DNA of 64,000 nucleotides, taken from positions 32,001 through 96,000 of IMG/VR virus record IMGVR_UViG_3300043395_002432. The stretch is one strand, 5' to 3'. The notes under the pieces are model-generated. The model was given only the letters and a program-made list of their open reading frames with translations, was not told the origin of the DNA and ran no database searches. The DNA is from a virus. Made by a program: the position numbers and the translations under genes. Of this stretch, positions 36,627-46,161 are shown piece by piece. Each line of letters starts with the position of its first letter. The first letter of the stretch is position 1.

Positions 36627-37314
36627 GCCTACCGATTCCCGAGGACGGAGGGGACGACACAGCTCGATGCACTAAGGTCGGAGAGATGTCGTACTCCCCA
36701 CGAATCGAGACCGAGATGCTCCTCTTCACCTCTCGCACGGAGAGGTCTGGGTACTGAAGCTCAATCGGCACCTCATCCACCGACCCGTCATAGGTGCGCT
36801 CCTCGTCCTCCGCGTCGTACACCTTGAGCGAGAAGCCATCGAGCAGGAATCGCTGGAGGAGGTACACCCACAGGAGCTTCGCCTCCCGACGAGCCGACGA
36901 ACCTCGGGCGACGACGTCGATCCGATACGAAAACTTCCTCGGGTGCGAGAGCGGCTGAACCTCCAAGAAGTCCGCCCCAGTCCGCGTGGTGCCGTCAGCG
37001 AATTCGACTTCGGTGAAGCTCGTCTGCGGCGCGGGCCGAATGTCCTGCACCGCTAAGCCCACGAAGCGCTGCTCATCTGGCTCGTCCGAAGTCAGCGTTA
37101 CCGCGACATGCGGGTAGAACTTCGCACCAAAGCTCTGCTCCCCCCCCGAGAAGTAGACAGGGACGTGGCCCTTGTACTCCGCCACACCGCGAACGCCCTC
37201 CACCACGAGCGCGTACTCCTCTCGCGCCTGATCGCCCTCACCAAGCAAAATCAGCACAGGCTCCATATGCTCAATGATGGCCCGATCAAAATGCTCGATC
37301 TCGATTCGACTCAT
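36622..37314 (-). CDS. Putative tail terminator/completion protein
   Basis: Directly upstream of sheath; YP.VAV...F.Y.IDV..R pattern. Confidence 0.55.
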   Translation of the reverse strand: MSRIEIEHFDRAIIEHMEPVLILLGEGDQAREEYALVVEGVRGVAEYKGHVPVYFSGGEQSFGAKFYPHVAVTLTSDEPDEQRFVGLAVQDIRPAPQTSFTEVEFADGTTRTGADFLEVQPLSHPRKFSYRIDVVARGSSARREAKLLWVYLLQRFLLDGFSLKVYDAEDEERTYDGSVDEVPIELQYPDLSVREVKRSISVSIRGEYDISPTLVHRAVSSPPSSGIGRL

Positions 37315-37317
37315 GGC

Positions 37318-38103
37318 TCACCTCTTGCGAAATGCCTTTCGCTCGATCCCCTCCGTGAATCCCTCCATCGTCTCTGGGTTCTCAATGTCGCCCCGAGGAG
37401 GCTTCACAGATCGAATCTTGCTCCCGGTCAGGATCGCTTTTCGCTGCGCTTTCATCTCCTGCACGATGTACGCCTTCATCTCTTTCAGCGCACTTGACCA
37501 GACGTCGACCGCCTTCCCTCCGACGCCGTACTCCTCCCGAAGGGCTTCGAAGGCTAAGTCCGTTGGGGCGTCGACCAGCGCGTATCGCTGAGCAGGCATG
37601 AAGCGAATGGCCCGATCCAGCCTCTTGGGATCAAGCTCATCCGCCTCCGTGATCCAGCCCGCTTGCACCAAGAGGTGCGCTTGCTTCTTCAGCGCCTTCA
37701 CCGCCCCCTCGTACTCGTCAGGAGTGACCCGACGAAGGACGCCCTTCCCAGAGGCGAGGAGCGGGGCCGGGATCGCCTCAAGGGGAATTGGCCCAAGCAC
37801 AGAGAGATCCCGCACCAAGCCTGACGGCCCTTCCAAGAGCATTACCCACATGCCCCGATCCTGATCCGAGAGGACGCGCTTCTCCTCAGGCAGGACGACT
37901 GCATACCAGTCCCTCGTCCAGATCAGCTCAAGCCGGTCGTAGTCCAGGCTGGAGCGCGCTCCAGCAGCCTTCAGCCGCCGAACGAGCCGCCAGAGCGCAT
38001 TCTGCACAATGGAGGCGACCTGCTTCTGAACGAACGCCTCGTCTGCTTGCGCGAGCCGCTTCAGCACCTTCTTGGTGGCCCCAGATGGCTTCGCCCCGAT
38101 CAC
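37318..38103 (-). CDS. Hypothetical neck-region protein
   Basis: 261 aa in head-tail module. Confidence 0.55.
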   Translation of the reverse strand: MIGAKPSGATKKVLKRLAQADEAFVQKQVASIVQNALWRLVRRLKAAGARSSLDYDRLELIWTRDWYAVVLPEEKRVLSDQDRGMWVMLLEGPSGLVRDLSVLGPIPLEAIPAPLLASGKGVLRRVTPDEYEGAVKALKKQAHLLVQAGWITEADELDPKRLDRAIRFMPAQRYALVDAPTDLAFEALREEYGVGGKAVDVWSSALKEMKAYIVQEMKAQRKAILTGSKIRSVKPPRGDIENPETMEGFTEGIERKAFRKR

Positions 38104-38384
38104 TTCTTGACCAAGAAGGTCTCAGGACGATCCAGCCGTTCGGCACCAAGCGACTGAATCCACTCAAGGTGCTTCGCACAGACCCCGAAGAGGGCGGACG
38201 AGGGGGCTTGCGCTTGGAGCATGGCCACAGGCGGATCGCCGCAGACGAAGCAATGCCGGTGGAGGTCAATGTCGCTCACCCGACATGGGAACGATCCCCC
38301 CCGGACGGGGCCACTACAGGGACGCCCGCAAGGCTTCCCTTCCTCTTGGTGCCAACGACAGGTCTGGCAGGCGAATGCCAACAT
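38100..38384 (-). CDS. Cys-rich Zn-binding protein
   Basis: CQTC..C..C.GP..G..FP...CFVCG...C..H. Confidence 0.6.
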   Translation of the reverse strand: MLAFACQTCRWHQEEGKPCGRPCSGPVRGGSFPCRVSDIDLHRHCFVCGDPPVAMLQAQAPSSALFGVCAKHLEWIQSLGAERLDRPETFLVKK

Positions 38385-39115
38385 CAGGCAACCTTCCCGA
38401 GCGCCTCTACCTGCTCCTTGGTGAAGAAGGTCTGCCCATGCTTCTTCGACCACATGGCCACAGCCTCTCCCAAGCCCCAGGAGCGAATGTCTCCCCACAG
38501 GATCGCCGCCTGATACGGCGTGAGCGACGGCTTGATCTTCAAGATCCGATCCGTCTCGGGGGCGTTGAGCGGACGAATGACCGGGTGAAGCTCGCTCTCC
38601 TGATCCTCAGGACTCCAACGGTCGTCCCCCTCCTCCAGCACGACGCGGGTAGAGATGTCCTCCAGCACGAAGAAGGTCTGGGCATCGTAGGAATACGCCG
38701 TCTCCGTGCGCTCCGTAGCCGTCCTCCGCATGCTCCCACGAACCTCTCGCTCCGTGGGCGAATTCGAATGCACCACACCCTCCGCAAGCACCTTGCCCAT
38801 GAGCGAGCAGACCACGAAGCGATCCCCACTCGCCAGAAGCTCTGGAGCGACCAGCCACGCCCTCGAAGGGTGCGACGCCGCCACCATCTCCAAGAGCGAG
38901 AGCAGCTCCGCGCTCACCTCCGCCTCCGAGACCTCCTTCACTGGCCACCGCTCGTCCCCATGCACCGTTCGCATGCTCTTGTAGACCGTCGTCACCAAGG
39001 CATAGAAGCCGTCCGGGTCAGACTTCTCCTTGTCCGGGTACTCCTGTTGAATGATCTCCTTCGACTGAATCCAATCCTTCTCTTCCTCAGGGGTACGCAC
39101 CAATGCTGAAGGCAT
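38384..39115 (-). CDS. Hypothetical protein, possible internal head protein
   Basis: GGAG RBS; several LxE sites. Confidence 0.6.
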   Translation of the reverse strand: MPSALVRTPEEEKDWIQSKEIIQQEYPDKEKSDPDGFYALVTTVYKSMRTVHGDERWPVKEVSEAEVSAELLSLLEMVAASHPSRAWLVAPELLASGDRFVVCSLMGKVLAEGVVHSNSPTEREVRGSMRRTATERTETAYSYDAQTFFVLEDISTRVVLEEGDDRWSPEDQESELHPVIRPLNAPETDRILKIKPSLTPYQAAILWGDIRSWGLGEAVAMWSKKHGQTFFTKEQVEALGKVA

Positions 39116-39128
39116 CGCTTTTCTCCTC

Positions 39129-39683
39129 CTACTTCTTTAGCCTGGGAATGGAATCTCGGGGAGCGATGAAGCCCTCCGAGGGAGTAGAGGGACGCAAAGG
39201 AATCGCCTCAGCGGGCTGAACCTCCTCCGTCAGTCCCGACCGAGATTTCAACGCAATCTTCCACTCCGTAAATCCGGGGCCATTCCGAACGATCCCGAAC
39301 TCGTCCACCTTGACGATCCGAAACCAACGCGGACGCTCCGACAGCGGATGCTGACAAATCACGTCCCCGATCTTTGGTGCTTTTGGCCCCTCCGTCAGCT
39401 CCGCCCAGAGCGAATACGGGATCGCAGCCTCAGCGTCGAACTCAGACTCCACCAAGCCCCCCTCGTCCGCGTCAACATTCTGACTCTCCGCCTCCTCGAA
39501 GAGAAAGCTCACGCTCAGCGCGAACGGAGCCATGTACGAAGGCTTCTCGCTCTCCCGATGAACAGGATTCCATTTTCCCGGCTTCAGGACGTAGTAATGC
39601 AGGAAGGTCTCGCCCTGCTCGTCGTCTCCAACAAAGCGTGCGTAGTCCCGGCTCACCTTCTGAAAGAAGTCCCGATCCCTCAT
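39129..39683 (-). CDS. Putative neck/head-closure protein (gp14-like)
   Basis: PKIGDVI......WF.IVKV pattern; position after gp13-like gene. Confidence 0.55.
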   Translation of the reverse strand: MRDRDFFQKVSRDYARFVGDDEQGETFLHYYVLKPGKWNPVHRESEKPSYMAPFALSVSFLFEEAESQNVDADEGGLVESEFDAEAAIPYSLWAELTEGPKAPKIGDVICQHPLSERPRWFRIVKVDEFGIVRNGPGFTEWKIALKSRSGLTEEVQPAEAIPLRPSTPSEGFIAPRDSIPRLKK

Positions 39684-39704
39684 ACGCCCTCCGTGAAGCC
39701 ACAG

Positions 39705-39740
39705 AAAAGGGGAGAACGAATTCGACTTCGTTCCCCCCCT
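39705..39740 (-). terminator. Terminator hairpin built on the 14-bp palindrome
   Basis: GGGGGGAACGAAGTCGAATTCGTTCTCCCC then TTTT. Confidence 0.65.
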
Positions 39741-39761
39741 CTTCACCCCCCCCAGACCCGA

Positions 39762-40538
39762 TCAGCCCACCGAGAGAATGCGCTCAAGGTGCGAGGTCAG
39801 CGACACGCCGTTCTGGATCTCCTCCATGACCTCAGGGTCGGCCACGAAGCCGTGAGAAGCCAGGGCAGCCAGGGCAGCCTTCCCGGCCAGCTCCTTCGCC
39901 GCCGCCAGCGTGTCAGCCTCACCCTCGGCAGAGGGATCGTCGCCCTCGTCCGTGTAGATCGCCCAATACGCCCCACCCTCGTCATCGACGGCCAGCAAGG
40001 TCACCAGACCGTCCTCCGTCTCCGCCATCCACTCACCCTCGTCGCCCTCGATCCACGCCAGGGCGTCCACTGCCGACTGCTCGAGCATCGGGCGGTAGTA
40101 CATGTTCTCGAAGACCTGAAGGCTCTCGTTCTGGTTCGAAGCCTGCTTCCCTGCCCAGTCCATCGCGCCAGCCTTAGCCGCACCAGCGACCGGAGCGAAC
40201 TTGTTCCCCCGTGCCTCGGCAGAGCTGACGCCACCCCCTGAGCGAGACAGCACCTCGCCGTCGTAGCAGCGGACGTTGTCACCCTTCATGCGAGCAAGCC
40301 GACCGCAGACAGGGACGCCCTTCTGGATCGACAAGGTGCCACGCTCCGGGCGATACCGCACGGGAGCGGGCTTCTCGATCTTACGAAAGAGCGGCTTGCC
40401 GTTCTTCCCCTTCCCCACAACCACGTCCTTGGGAGAAGAGAAGTTGAAGGACACCGTCTTCGCCCGCCGCTGCGTGCTGAACTTCCCCTCCGCGTCATGG
40501 TGGGGATTCGGGTTGCCACGCTCTTCGATGTTCGCCAT
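39762..40538 (-). CDS. Hypothetical head-associated protein
   Basis: NPHHDAEGKFS motif; basic N-half and acidic C-half. Confidence 0.6.
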   Translation of the reverse strand: MANIEERGNPNPHHDAEGKFSTQRRAKTVSFNFSSPKDVVVGKGKNGKPLFRKIEKPAPVRYRPERGTLSIQKGVPVCGRLARMKGDNVRCYDGEVLSRSGGGVSSAEARGNKFAPVAGAAKAGAMDWAGKQASNQNESLQVFENMYYRPMLEQSAVDALAWIEGDEGEWMAETEDGLVTLLAVDDEGGAYWAIYTDEGDDPSAEGEADTLAAAKELAGKAALAALASHGFVADPEVMEEIQNGVSLTSHLERILSVG

Positions 40539-40604
40539 TTTGATCTCCTACTGAAGAAGCGATAGCGTATTGACGAGAATCGGGCAACGCGAATTCGAAT
40601 TCGT

Positions 40605-41351
40605 TCAGCCAATCACAAACAACACCCCAGGCGAGGCTGCAAGCGCCTCCTCCTGAAGGATCTGAAGCTCAGCCTCCGACTCCGACATGAGGTCGCCGCC
40701 GTCCATCGACGTCTTCGACCCACCCATTGGAACCTCACTGTACTTGCGCCGAACTTGCCCCAACGTGCGCTTACACGTCGCAAGCAAGTAGCGCCGAAAC
40801 CACTGAAGCTCTTGGCTGTCCAGATTCTCGACGTCCACGACGTACTTCACGAACTCTACGAAAGCGGGGCCACTCAAGGTGTCAGGTCGTACCGTCAGCA
40901 CCTTGCTGCGTGGCTCGTACTGCCATGTGGGATCGTTCCCAAATTGCCGCTCTAATCCGCGATTGGCAAGGTACTGAAGAAGATGCGTTGTCCGCGTGAG
41001 GTTGCCAGGGTTCCGAATGAATCCCGTCAAGTCCTCCATAAAGTAGCTGCGGTACTCAGAAGAGACATTCGCTATATCAGGAAGGATTACGTCGACGACC
41101 TCTCGGACGTTCGACGGAAGCCTGTAGTCCGATTGGCCCGCCACCAAGGTGAGCGGGAGACGGCACCGCTCACCTACGGTGGAGGAGAGCCAGAGCTTGG
41201 TGTTCTCGATCCCGTCCGCAATGTCGTCGAGCGTTAGCTCAATGCCGACGTTGTTCCCACCAAGCTGGCGAATGACACGATAGCCCTCCGCCTGCTCCCG
41301 CTCGGTGAGCGCACGAAAGAGAAGCTCATGCTTGGTGGTGTCGCGGGCCAT
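40605..41351 (-). CDS. Neck / head-tail adaptor (T4 gp13-like)
   Basis: RQLGG..V.IELT; Y.LA.CK..LG.VRRKY..VP.......MDG..L..E. Confidence 0.85.
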   Translation of the reverse strand: MARDTTKHELLFRALTEREQAEGYRVIRQLGGNNVGIELTLDDIADGIENTKLWLSSTVGERCRLPLTLVAGQSDYRLPSNVREVVDVILPDIANVSSEYRSYFMEDLTGFIRNPGNLTRTTHLLQYLANRGLERQFGNDPTWQYEPRSKVLTVRPDTLSGPAFVEFVKYVVDVENLDSQELQWFRRYLLATCKRTLGQVRRKYSEVPMGGSKTSMDGGDLMSESEAELQILQEEALAASPGVLFVIG

Positions 41352-41354
41352 TGT

Positions 41355-41813
41355 TCAGCGGACGAGGGAGCGGCGAGGACGAGGGGCAGGCTCGGGCTTG
41401 ACCTCAGTCACCTCGGGAGCGACCTCGGGAACCTCAGCGATCTCGCGGACTTCGGGCTTCGGCTCGGAAGGCTCCTCGACCTTCGGCTCGGGCTGCACCT
41501 CGGGCGGGGCAGACTGCTCGGGCTGCGGATCGGGCTGCTCCTCGAGCTTGACCGGCTCCACCAAGGAGAGGTCGACCAGCGACGGGGTGATCTCGACCGA
41601 CGCCGTCTCCGCCGTCTCGACACGAACCTCCACTACAGGAGCGACGGGAGCGGGAAGCTCCACCAAGTGGGTCTTCAGCCACATGCGCCATTCGACCGAC
41701 CCCTCGAAGACCTCGCCAGCCGCAAGGTGCCTGGACTCAGTGGGGCTGACCTCCAGACGGATCTTCTTGACCCCGGAAGGAACTGCCGAATGCTTCAGAC
41801 GATACAAGGGCAT
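41355..41813 (-). CDS. Pro/Glu/Val-rich low-complexity protein
   Basis: Follows MCP; PEV/EP-rich disordered tail. Confidence 0.6.
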   Translation of the reverse strand: MPLYRLKHSAVPSGVKKIRLEVSPTESRHLAAGEVFEGSVEWRMWLKTHLVELPAPVAPVVEVRVETAETASVEITPSLVDLSLVEPVKLEEQPDPQPEQSAPPEVQPEPKVEEPSEPKPEVREIAEVPEVAPEVTEVKPEPAPRPRRSLVR

Positions 41814-41871
41814 CTCTTATCTCCTCTTCCAGAGGTAACTCGACTATAAAGACCGGTCGAGCGCGGTGGGG

Positions 41872-41910
41872 AAAAAGGAAAAGGCGGAACGCATTCGAAT
41901 GCGTCCCGCC
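41872..41910 (-). terminator. Intrinsic terminator after major capsid gene, built on a palindrome variant
   Basis: GGCGGGACGCATTCGAATGCGTTCCGCC followed by TTTTCCTTTTT. Confidence 0.8.
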
Positions 41911-41938
41911 CCCGCTCACCTCACGGTGAGGTCACCGA

Positions 41939-43396
41939 TCAGGCCAGGGTCGACAAGCCAGTGATCGAGAGCTTCCCGTAGAACTCGGGACGATGCACCT
42001 TGAGCGCGTTCCGGGTGATCACGCCGAACTTCTTCGTCATGGTCACGGGATCGACCTGCGTCACGACGCGGATCGGCATGTAGGGCGCGAAGATCGTGCC
42101 AGCCTCCTCCCAGGTCGAGCCACGGTAGCCGAGCAGAATGCGCTTGGTGGACGAACCCTCGTCCATGAACAGATCCTCGTAGACGACGTACTTGTTGTTG
42201 TACGTCCCCCACCGCTTGATCTGCGGGTTCTTCGACGCCACCGGCTCGACCCCGTCCGCCATCCCCGCGCCCTCGCGCTTCAGCGTCGCACGGTAGTTCT
42301 CATGCCCAGAGAGCTGGTCGATCAGGGCGATGATCTCCGGCCCAACCACAATGTAGTTGGGCGTGAAGCCGCGAGTGCGCTGCCGCACGCGAGCCGAGAT
42401 CTGATCCAGCTTCTTCAGGATGTTCAGGATGTTGTCCAGCTCCGTCACCGCCGTGGCAGAGTAGGCCAGCGTGTCCGTGGTCGAAGCCGCCGAGAGCTGG
42501 GCGTCGATGATCTGGCGATCCAGCTCGGTGGCGATCTGGATCGTCATCTCGTCGACGATCTCCTGCTCCGCGTCCGCACCAGTGTGCGAGCGGATCTCGT
42601 CCATCGCCTCGAAGGTGAGGCTGGCGCGCAGGCGGCGAGTCTGGGCCGTCATGGTCACAGCCTCGAACGCCAGGGTCGTCTCACCAACAGCGGACGAACC
42701 CTCCATGTTCTGGTAGTAGCTCGCCACGATGGCGTCGCCGTTGGTGGGCGCGGTGTTGAAGGTGACCCGGAAGGCACCCGTGCTGTAGTTGATCGTGCCG
42801 GTGCCGCCGTCGTCACCCACCAAGAGGCCAGAGCCGTCGTCGGTGAAGACCTCGGTGCCGTCCGTGATCACCACAGAGACGCCCGTGGTCGAGTTGTACG
42901 GACGAACCGGGAGCTGGAGCAGGCTGCCCGAGAAGATCTTGGTGGCCCCGTTACCCGTGCCAGCCGCCTCCTCCTCGACGTACTCGCTCGAGTAGTGGCG
43001 GGCGAAGGTCTGGTTCAGCGAGGTCGCCGCCGCGATGTTGCCACGAGCCGAGCCGGTCTTGTACGACCGAATGAAGACCTGAGCGGTCGGCTTGTTGATC
43101 GGTGACACCAAAGCCAGATCGAACGCGATCAGCTGACCCATCGTCTTGCGGATCAGCGGCAGCGTCATGGCCTGCCCGTTGCTGATCACCGAGGTCGTGG
43201 TGTCCTCGTTCAGCGAGTCGCCAGGGTTGTTCCTGAAGTTCTCCATCATGACGGCGAGCGCCTCGTCGCGCTTGGCATTCCAGCCCGCACGCCGATCCCC
43301 ACGCTCGTCCTTGAAGGGGCGATCCAGCGAACGAAGCTCGCCGTTCTTGCCCTCGATCAGGCTCTTCCACTCTTCCACCAAGTTGTTCCGCGCCAT
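41939..43396 (-). CDS. Major capsid protein (T4 gp23-like)
   Basis: LPLIRK....LIA.DL..V.P...PT..VF; TA.TRRL.A..T.EA..E; E.DR.II; LLGYRG....EAG..FAPY.P; PEFYG. Confidence 0.95.
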   Translation of the reverse strand: MARNNLVEEWKSLIEGKNGELRSLDRPFKDERGDRRAGWNAKRDEALAVMMENFRNNPGDSLNEDTTTSVISNGQAMTLPLIRKTMGQLIAFDLALVSPINKPTAQVFIRSYKTGSARGNIAAATSLNQTFARHYSSEYVEEEAAGTGNGATKIFSGSLLQLPVRPYNSTTGVSVVITDGTEVFTDDGSGLLVGDDGGTGTINYSTGAFRVTFNTAPTNGDAIVASYYQNMEGSSAVGETTLAFEAVTMTAQTRRLRASLTFEAMDEIRSHTGADAEQEIVDEMTIQIATELDRQIIDAQLSAASTTDTLAYSATAVTELDNILNILKKLDQISARVRQRTRGFTPNYIVVGPEIIALIDQLSGHENYRATLKREGAGMADGVEPVASKNPQIKRWGTYNNKYVVYEDLFMDEGSSTKRILLGYRGSTWEEAGTIFAPYMPIRVVTQVDPVTMTKKFGVITRNALKVHRPEFYGKLSITGLSTLA

Positions 43397-43556
43397 TGTT
43401 CGTTCTCCTCTGTTCGCTGTAGAATCGGTCTGCTAAAAACGTGCAAGCCTCAGAAGCGAGCTTTTTCAGTCGGGAACGAATTCGAATTCGACGCACCAAC
43501 GAGATGAGGAGAGGGGATCTCCCTCTCCTCAGCGTACTCTGGCTGCTCTTGGTGCC

Positions 43557-45860
43557 TTACTGCTTGGGCGCGACCATGCGTGCGAGGAGATCCTGAGCGT
43601 AGTTCAGGTCAGCCTTGCTCAGCGGCTGCTCTTGCGCGGGGCGAGAGACCTCCTCCTCAATGCGCTCGGCAGGAGCGACTCCCTTGAAGGAAGGCTCGGG
43701 GCTTGGTGCGTTCTGCAACCGAGCCTCCACGCTCTCCTCGAGCCTGCTCTCGCGGGCTGGGGCAAGGCTTTCCATGAGGTGCTTCACCCCCTCAGGCGTG
43801 TCGAGCTTCTGGATTCGAGCCTGGAGCGCGAAGCGATCCGGGCGAGTAGCGACGCTCAGGATCGCGCTCTTCTGCTCCTCCAAGAGCTGGCTCCGCGACT
43901 CCGCTGCCTCGATCCGCTTGGTGGCAGCAGCCTCCACCAACTGGAGCCGCTCCGCATGCGTGGTGCGCGCCTCCTCCATCTGCCGCTTCATCGCGGAGAC
44001 CTCAGCCTGGAAGCGATCCCGATCCGACTTCACCTCGGCAAGCTCGGTCTCGAGCTTCGAGAATGACTCAATCGTCTCGGAGATAGCTCCCCGCATCCGA
44101 GCGAGATCGTCCTGAAGTGTCTTGCGGGCCGCTTCCACAGATGCCTTCTCGACGTTGGCAATGGCGAGGTTCTCGCGGTGCCGCTGGATCTCCTCTCGGG
44201 CCGTGGCCAGATCCGCCTCGACCGCCTCAAGGCGAGCCTGCCAACGCTCGCCAGCACGCGCCTCGATGTCGACCCGCTCTCCAGAGAGGCGCTCCAGCAC
44301 CAGCTTCTTCAGCGCCTCCTCGGGGGTGCCGATCTCGGGAGTGGCGAAGATCTGCTCCAGCCGATCCTTCACCACGGCCTCGGTGAGCTTCGGCCCCATG
44401 AGCGTGCGGATCAGATCCGTCTTCGGGTGCGCCCCCGTCTGGCGCAGCATGAGGTTCTCCGCCCGGAGAGACTCGATCTGCTCCACCAAGCGCCGGTTCC
44501 GATCCTGTGCCTGGAGGTTCTTGAACTCCTCCCGCACCAACGCGTCCGTCAAGGACTCCACCCGATCCCGACTCTCGAGGAGCGCAGCCGCCTGAGGGCT
44601 GTTGACCAGCGGCTCAAGGTGCGGACGAATCGCCTCCACGATCCGAAGGGCAGCCATGACGCGAGGATCTTGGCTCGAGACCTGCGAGAGCGCCTGCTTG
44701 CGCCCAAGCGCATGCGCTTCTGCCGTCGCCTCCTCCATGCGCGTCCGCATCTCCGCGATCACCAGCTCCCGAGCCGACGAGATCGAATTCGCCAACGCGT
44801 CCCGCTCAGCGGTGACCTGCTCCAGGGTCAGCCGCCCCTCCGCCAGCAAGGTGGCCGACTCGTTCTTGGTGGTGGCATTCTCCTCAGTCAGCGTGCGAAT
44901 CCGCTCCTCACGCCCTTGCAGTTCCGTCTCCATCTCAGCGATCTTGGCGACCTTCGCGTCAAGGTCAGCCTGAGCCTCCTCCAAGCGAGCGCGCACCAAA
45001 CGATCCCGCTCCACGTCCCGCTCGTTGAGCTTGGCGATCTCCTCCTGAAGCGCACGAAGCTCTGCCCCCGCGTCCTCCTTCACGTCCTCCCTCACGTCCT
45101 CCTTCGTCTCTCCCAGCGTCTCCTGCGCCTCAGCCTGCGCCTCCGAGACCACTTCAGCGGCCTCAGGCTTAGCTTCGACCGCCTCCGCTACCTCCTCAGC
45201 GTCCTTGGTGCCAATGAGCTTGCGAACCACGTCGTCCGCCTCAAGCAAATCCCCCGCGATCATGTCCTTGGCCGCTTCGAGCAGAAACGGATTGTCGGAG
45301 AGAATTTGCCGCATCTTGACCTCGTCCGCCTCGACTTCGCGGATCGACTCGTTGAGCGACTCCGCAAGCGGATACGCGGTCTTCACCGAAGGGTCGACCA
45401 CGAAGTCGAAGGTCTTGAGGCGCAGATCCTCATTGACGTAGTCGGCGTCCCCCCTGCGCGTCACGCTCCCCGAGGCGCGAGAGGAGATCCCCACGGCAGC
45501 GTTCGCCTCGATCAGCGCCTGCATGATCTTGCCGCCAGGGGTGTTCAGGATCACGCAGGAACCCTCGATCACCCCGTCCTCGCGGATCTTCAGATCCTCG
45601 ATGAGGTGGCTCACGCGCCAGAGCGAGGTCTTCCCCTCGGCAGGATGATCCAGCTCACCAAGCATGCGCCTCTTGGTGAGATCCTCGGAGGCGAGCTTGA
45701 GCGCATTCTCCATGATGCGCCGCTCGTAGATCCGCCCGTTCTGGTTCTTCGCGTCGACCCGACCAAACTCCCCCTTGACGCGAATCAAGCCAGCCGGGGT
45801 GCGCGCCTCCACAATGCTCAGAACCTGATCCGCCACCCGCTCGTAGAGTGTCTCCATCAT
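43557..45860 (-). CDS. Prohead protease (T4 gp21-like) fused to coiled-coil scaffold
   Basis: KNQNGRIY, GELDHP, SH.I, LNTP.GKI, GISSR.SGS, TFDFV.DPS; about 550 aa coiled-coil C-terminus. Confidence 0.93.
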   Translation of the reverse strand: MMETLYERVADQVLSIVEARTPAGLIRVKGEFGRVDAKNQNGRIYERRIMENALKLASEDLTKRRMLGELDHPAEGKTSLWRVSHLIEDLKIREDGVIEGSCVILNTPGGKIMQALIEANAAVGISSRASGSVTRRGDADYVNEDLRLKTFDFVVDPSVKTAYPLAESLNESIREVEADEVKMRQILSDNPFLLEAAKDMIAGDLLEADDVVRKLIGTKDAEEVAEAVEAKPEAAEVVSEAQAEAQETLGETKEDVREDVKEDAGAELRALQEEIAKLNERDVERDRLVRARLEEAQADLDAKVAKIAEMETELQGREERIRTLTEENATTKNESATLLAEGRLTLEQVTAERDALANSISSARELVIAEMRTRMEEATAEAHALGRKQALSQVSSQDPRVMAALRIVEAIRPHLEPLVNSPQAAALLESRDRVESLTDALVREEFKNLQAQDRNRRLVEQIESLRAENLMLRQTGAHPKTDLIRTLMGPKLTEAVVKDRLEQIFATPEIGTPEEALKKLVLERLSGERVDIEARAGERWQARLEAVEADLATAREEIQRHRENLAIANVEKASVEAARKTLQDDLARMRGAISETIESFSKLETELAEVKSDRDRFQAEVSAMKRQMEEARTTHAERLQLVEAAATKRIEAAESRSQLLEEQKSAILSVATRPDRFALQARIQKLDTPEGVKHLMESLAPARESRLEESVEARLQNAPSPEPSFKGVAPAERIEEEVSRPAQEQPLSKADLNYAQDLLARMVAPKQ

Positions 45861-45904
45861 TCGTTTCCTCTCTCTTGAGCTTAGCTGCTCGAACGTGATC
45901 TGCC

Positions 45905-45956
45905 AAAAGAAGGTAGGGCTGGCGACGAATTCGACTTCGCCACCAGCCCCGCCTTC
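45905..45956 (-). terminator. Long hairpin with the 14-bp palindrome at its apex
   Basis: GAAGGCGGGGCTGGTGGCGAAGTCGAATTCGTCGCCAGCCCTACCTTC followed by TTTT. Confidence 0.65.
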
Positions 45957-46161
45957 CCTTCCCTTTCCCCCCTTCCCTTGCTCTTCCCTTGTCACCGCTT
46001 CTTGCGCCGGAAGGGCAGCCTCCAGAGGAGGCTCCGTCGTCTCTTGGATTCTGGGCTTTCTCTCCGATCCGAGATCCGTTCCTGATCGGGCCTTACCTGC
46101 GCTCTGAGATCCAGAGGGGTGTACCCGATCTTCCGCCGCACCTCAGACCGAGAGAACTCGC

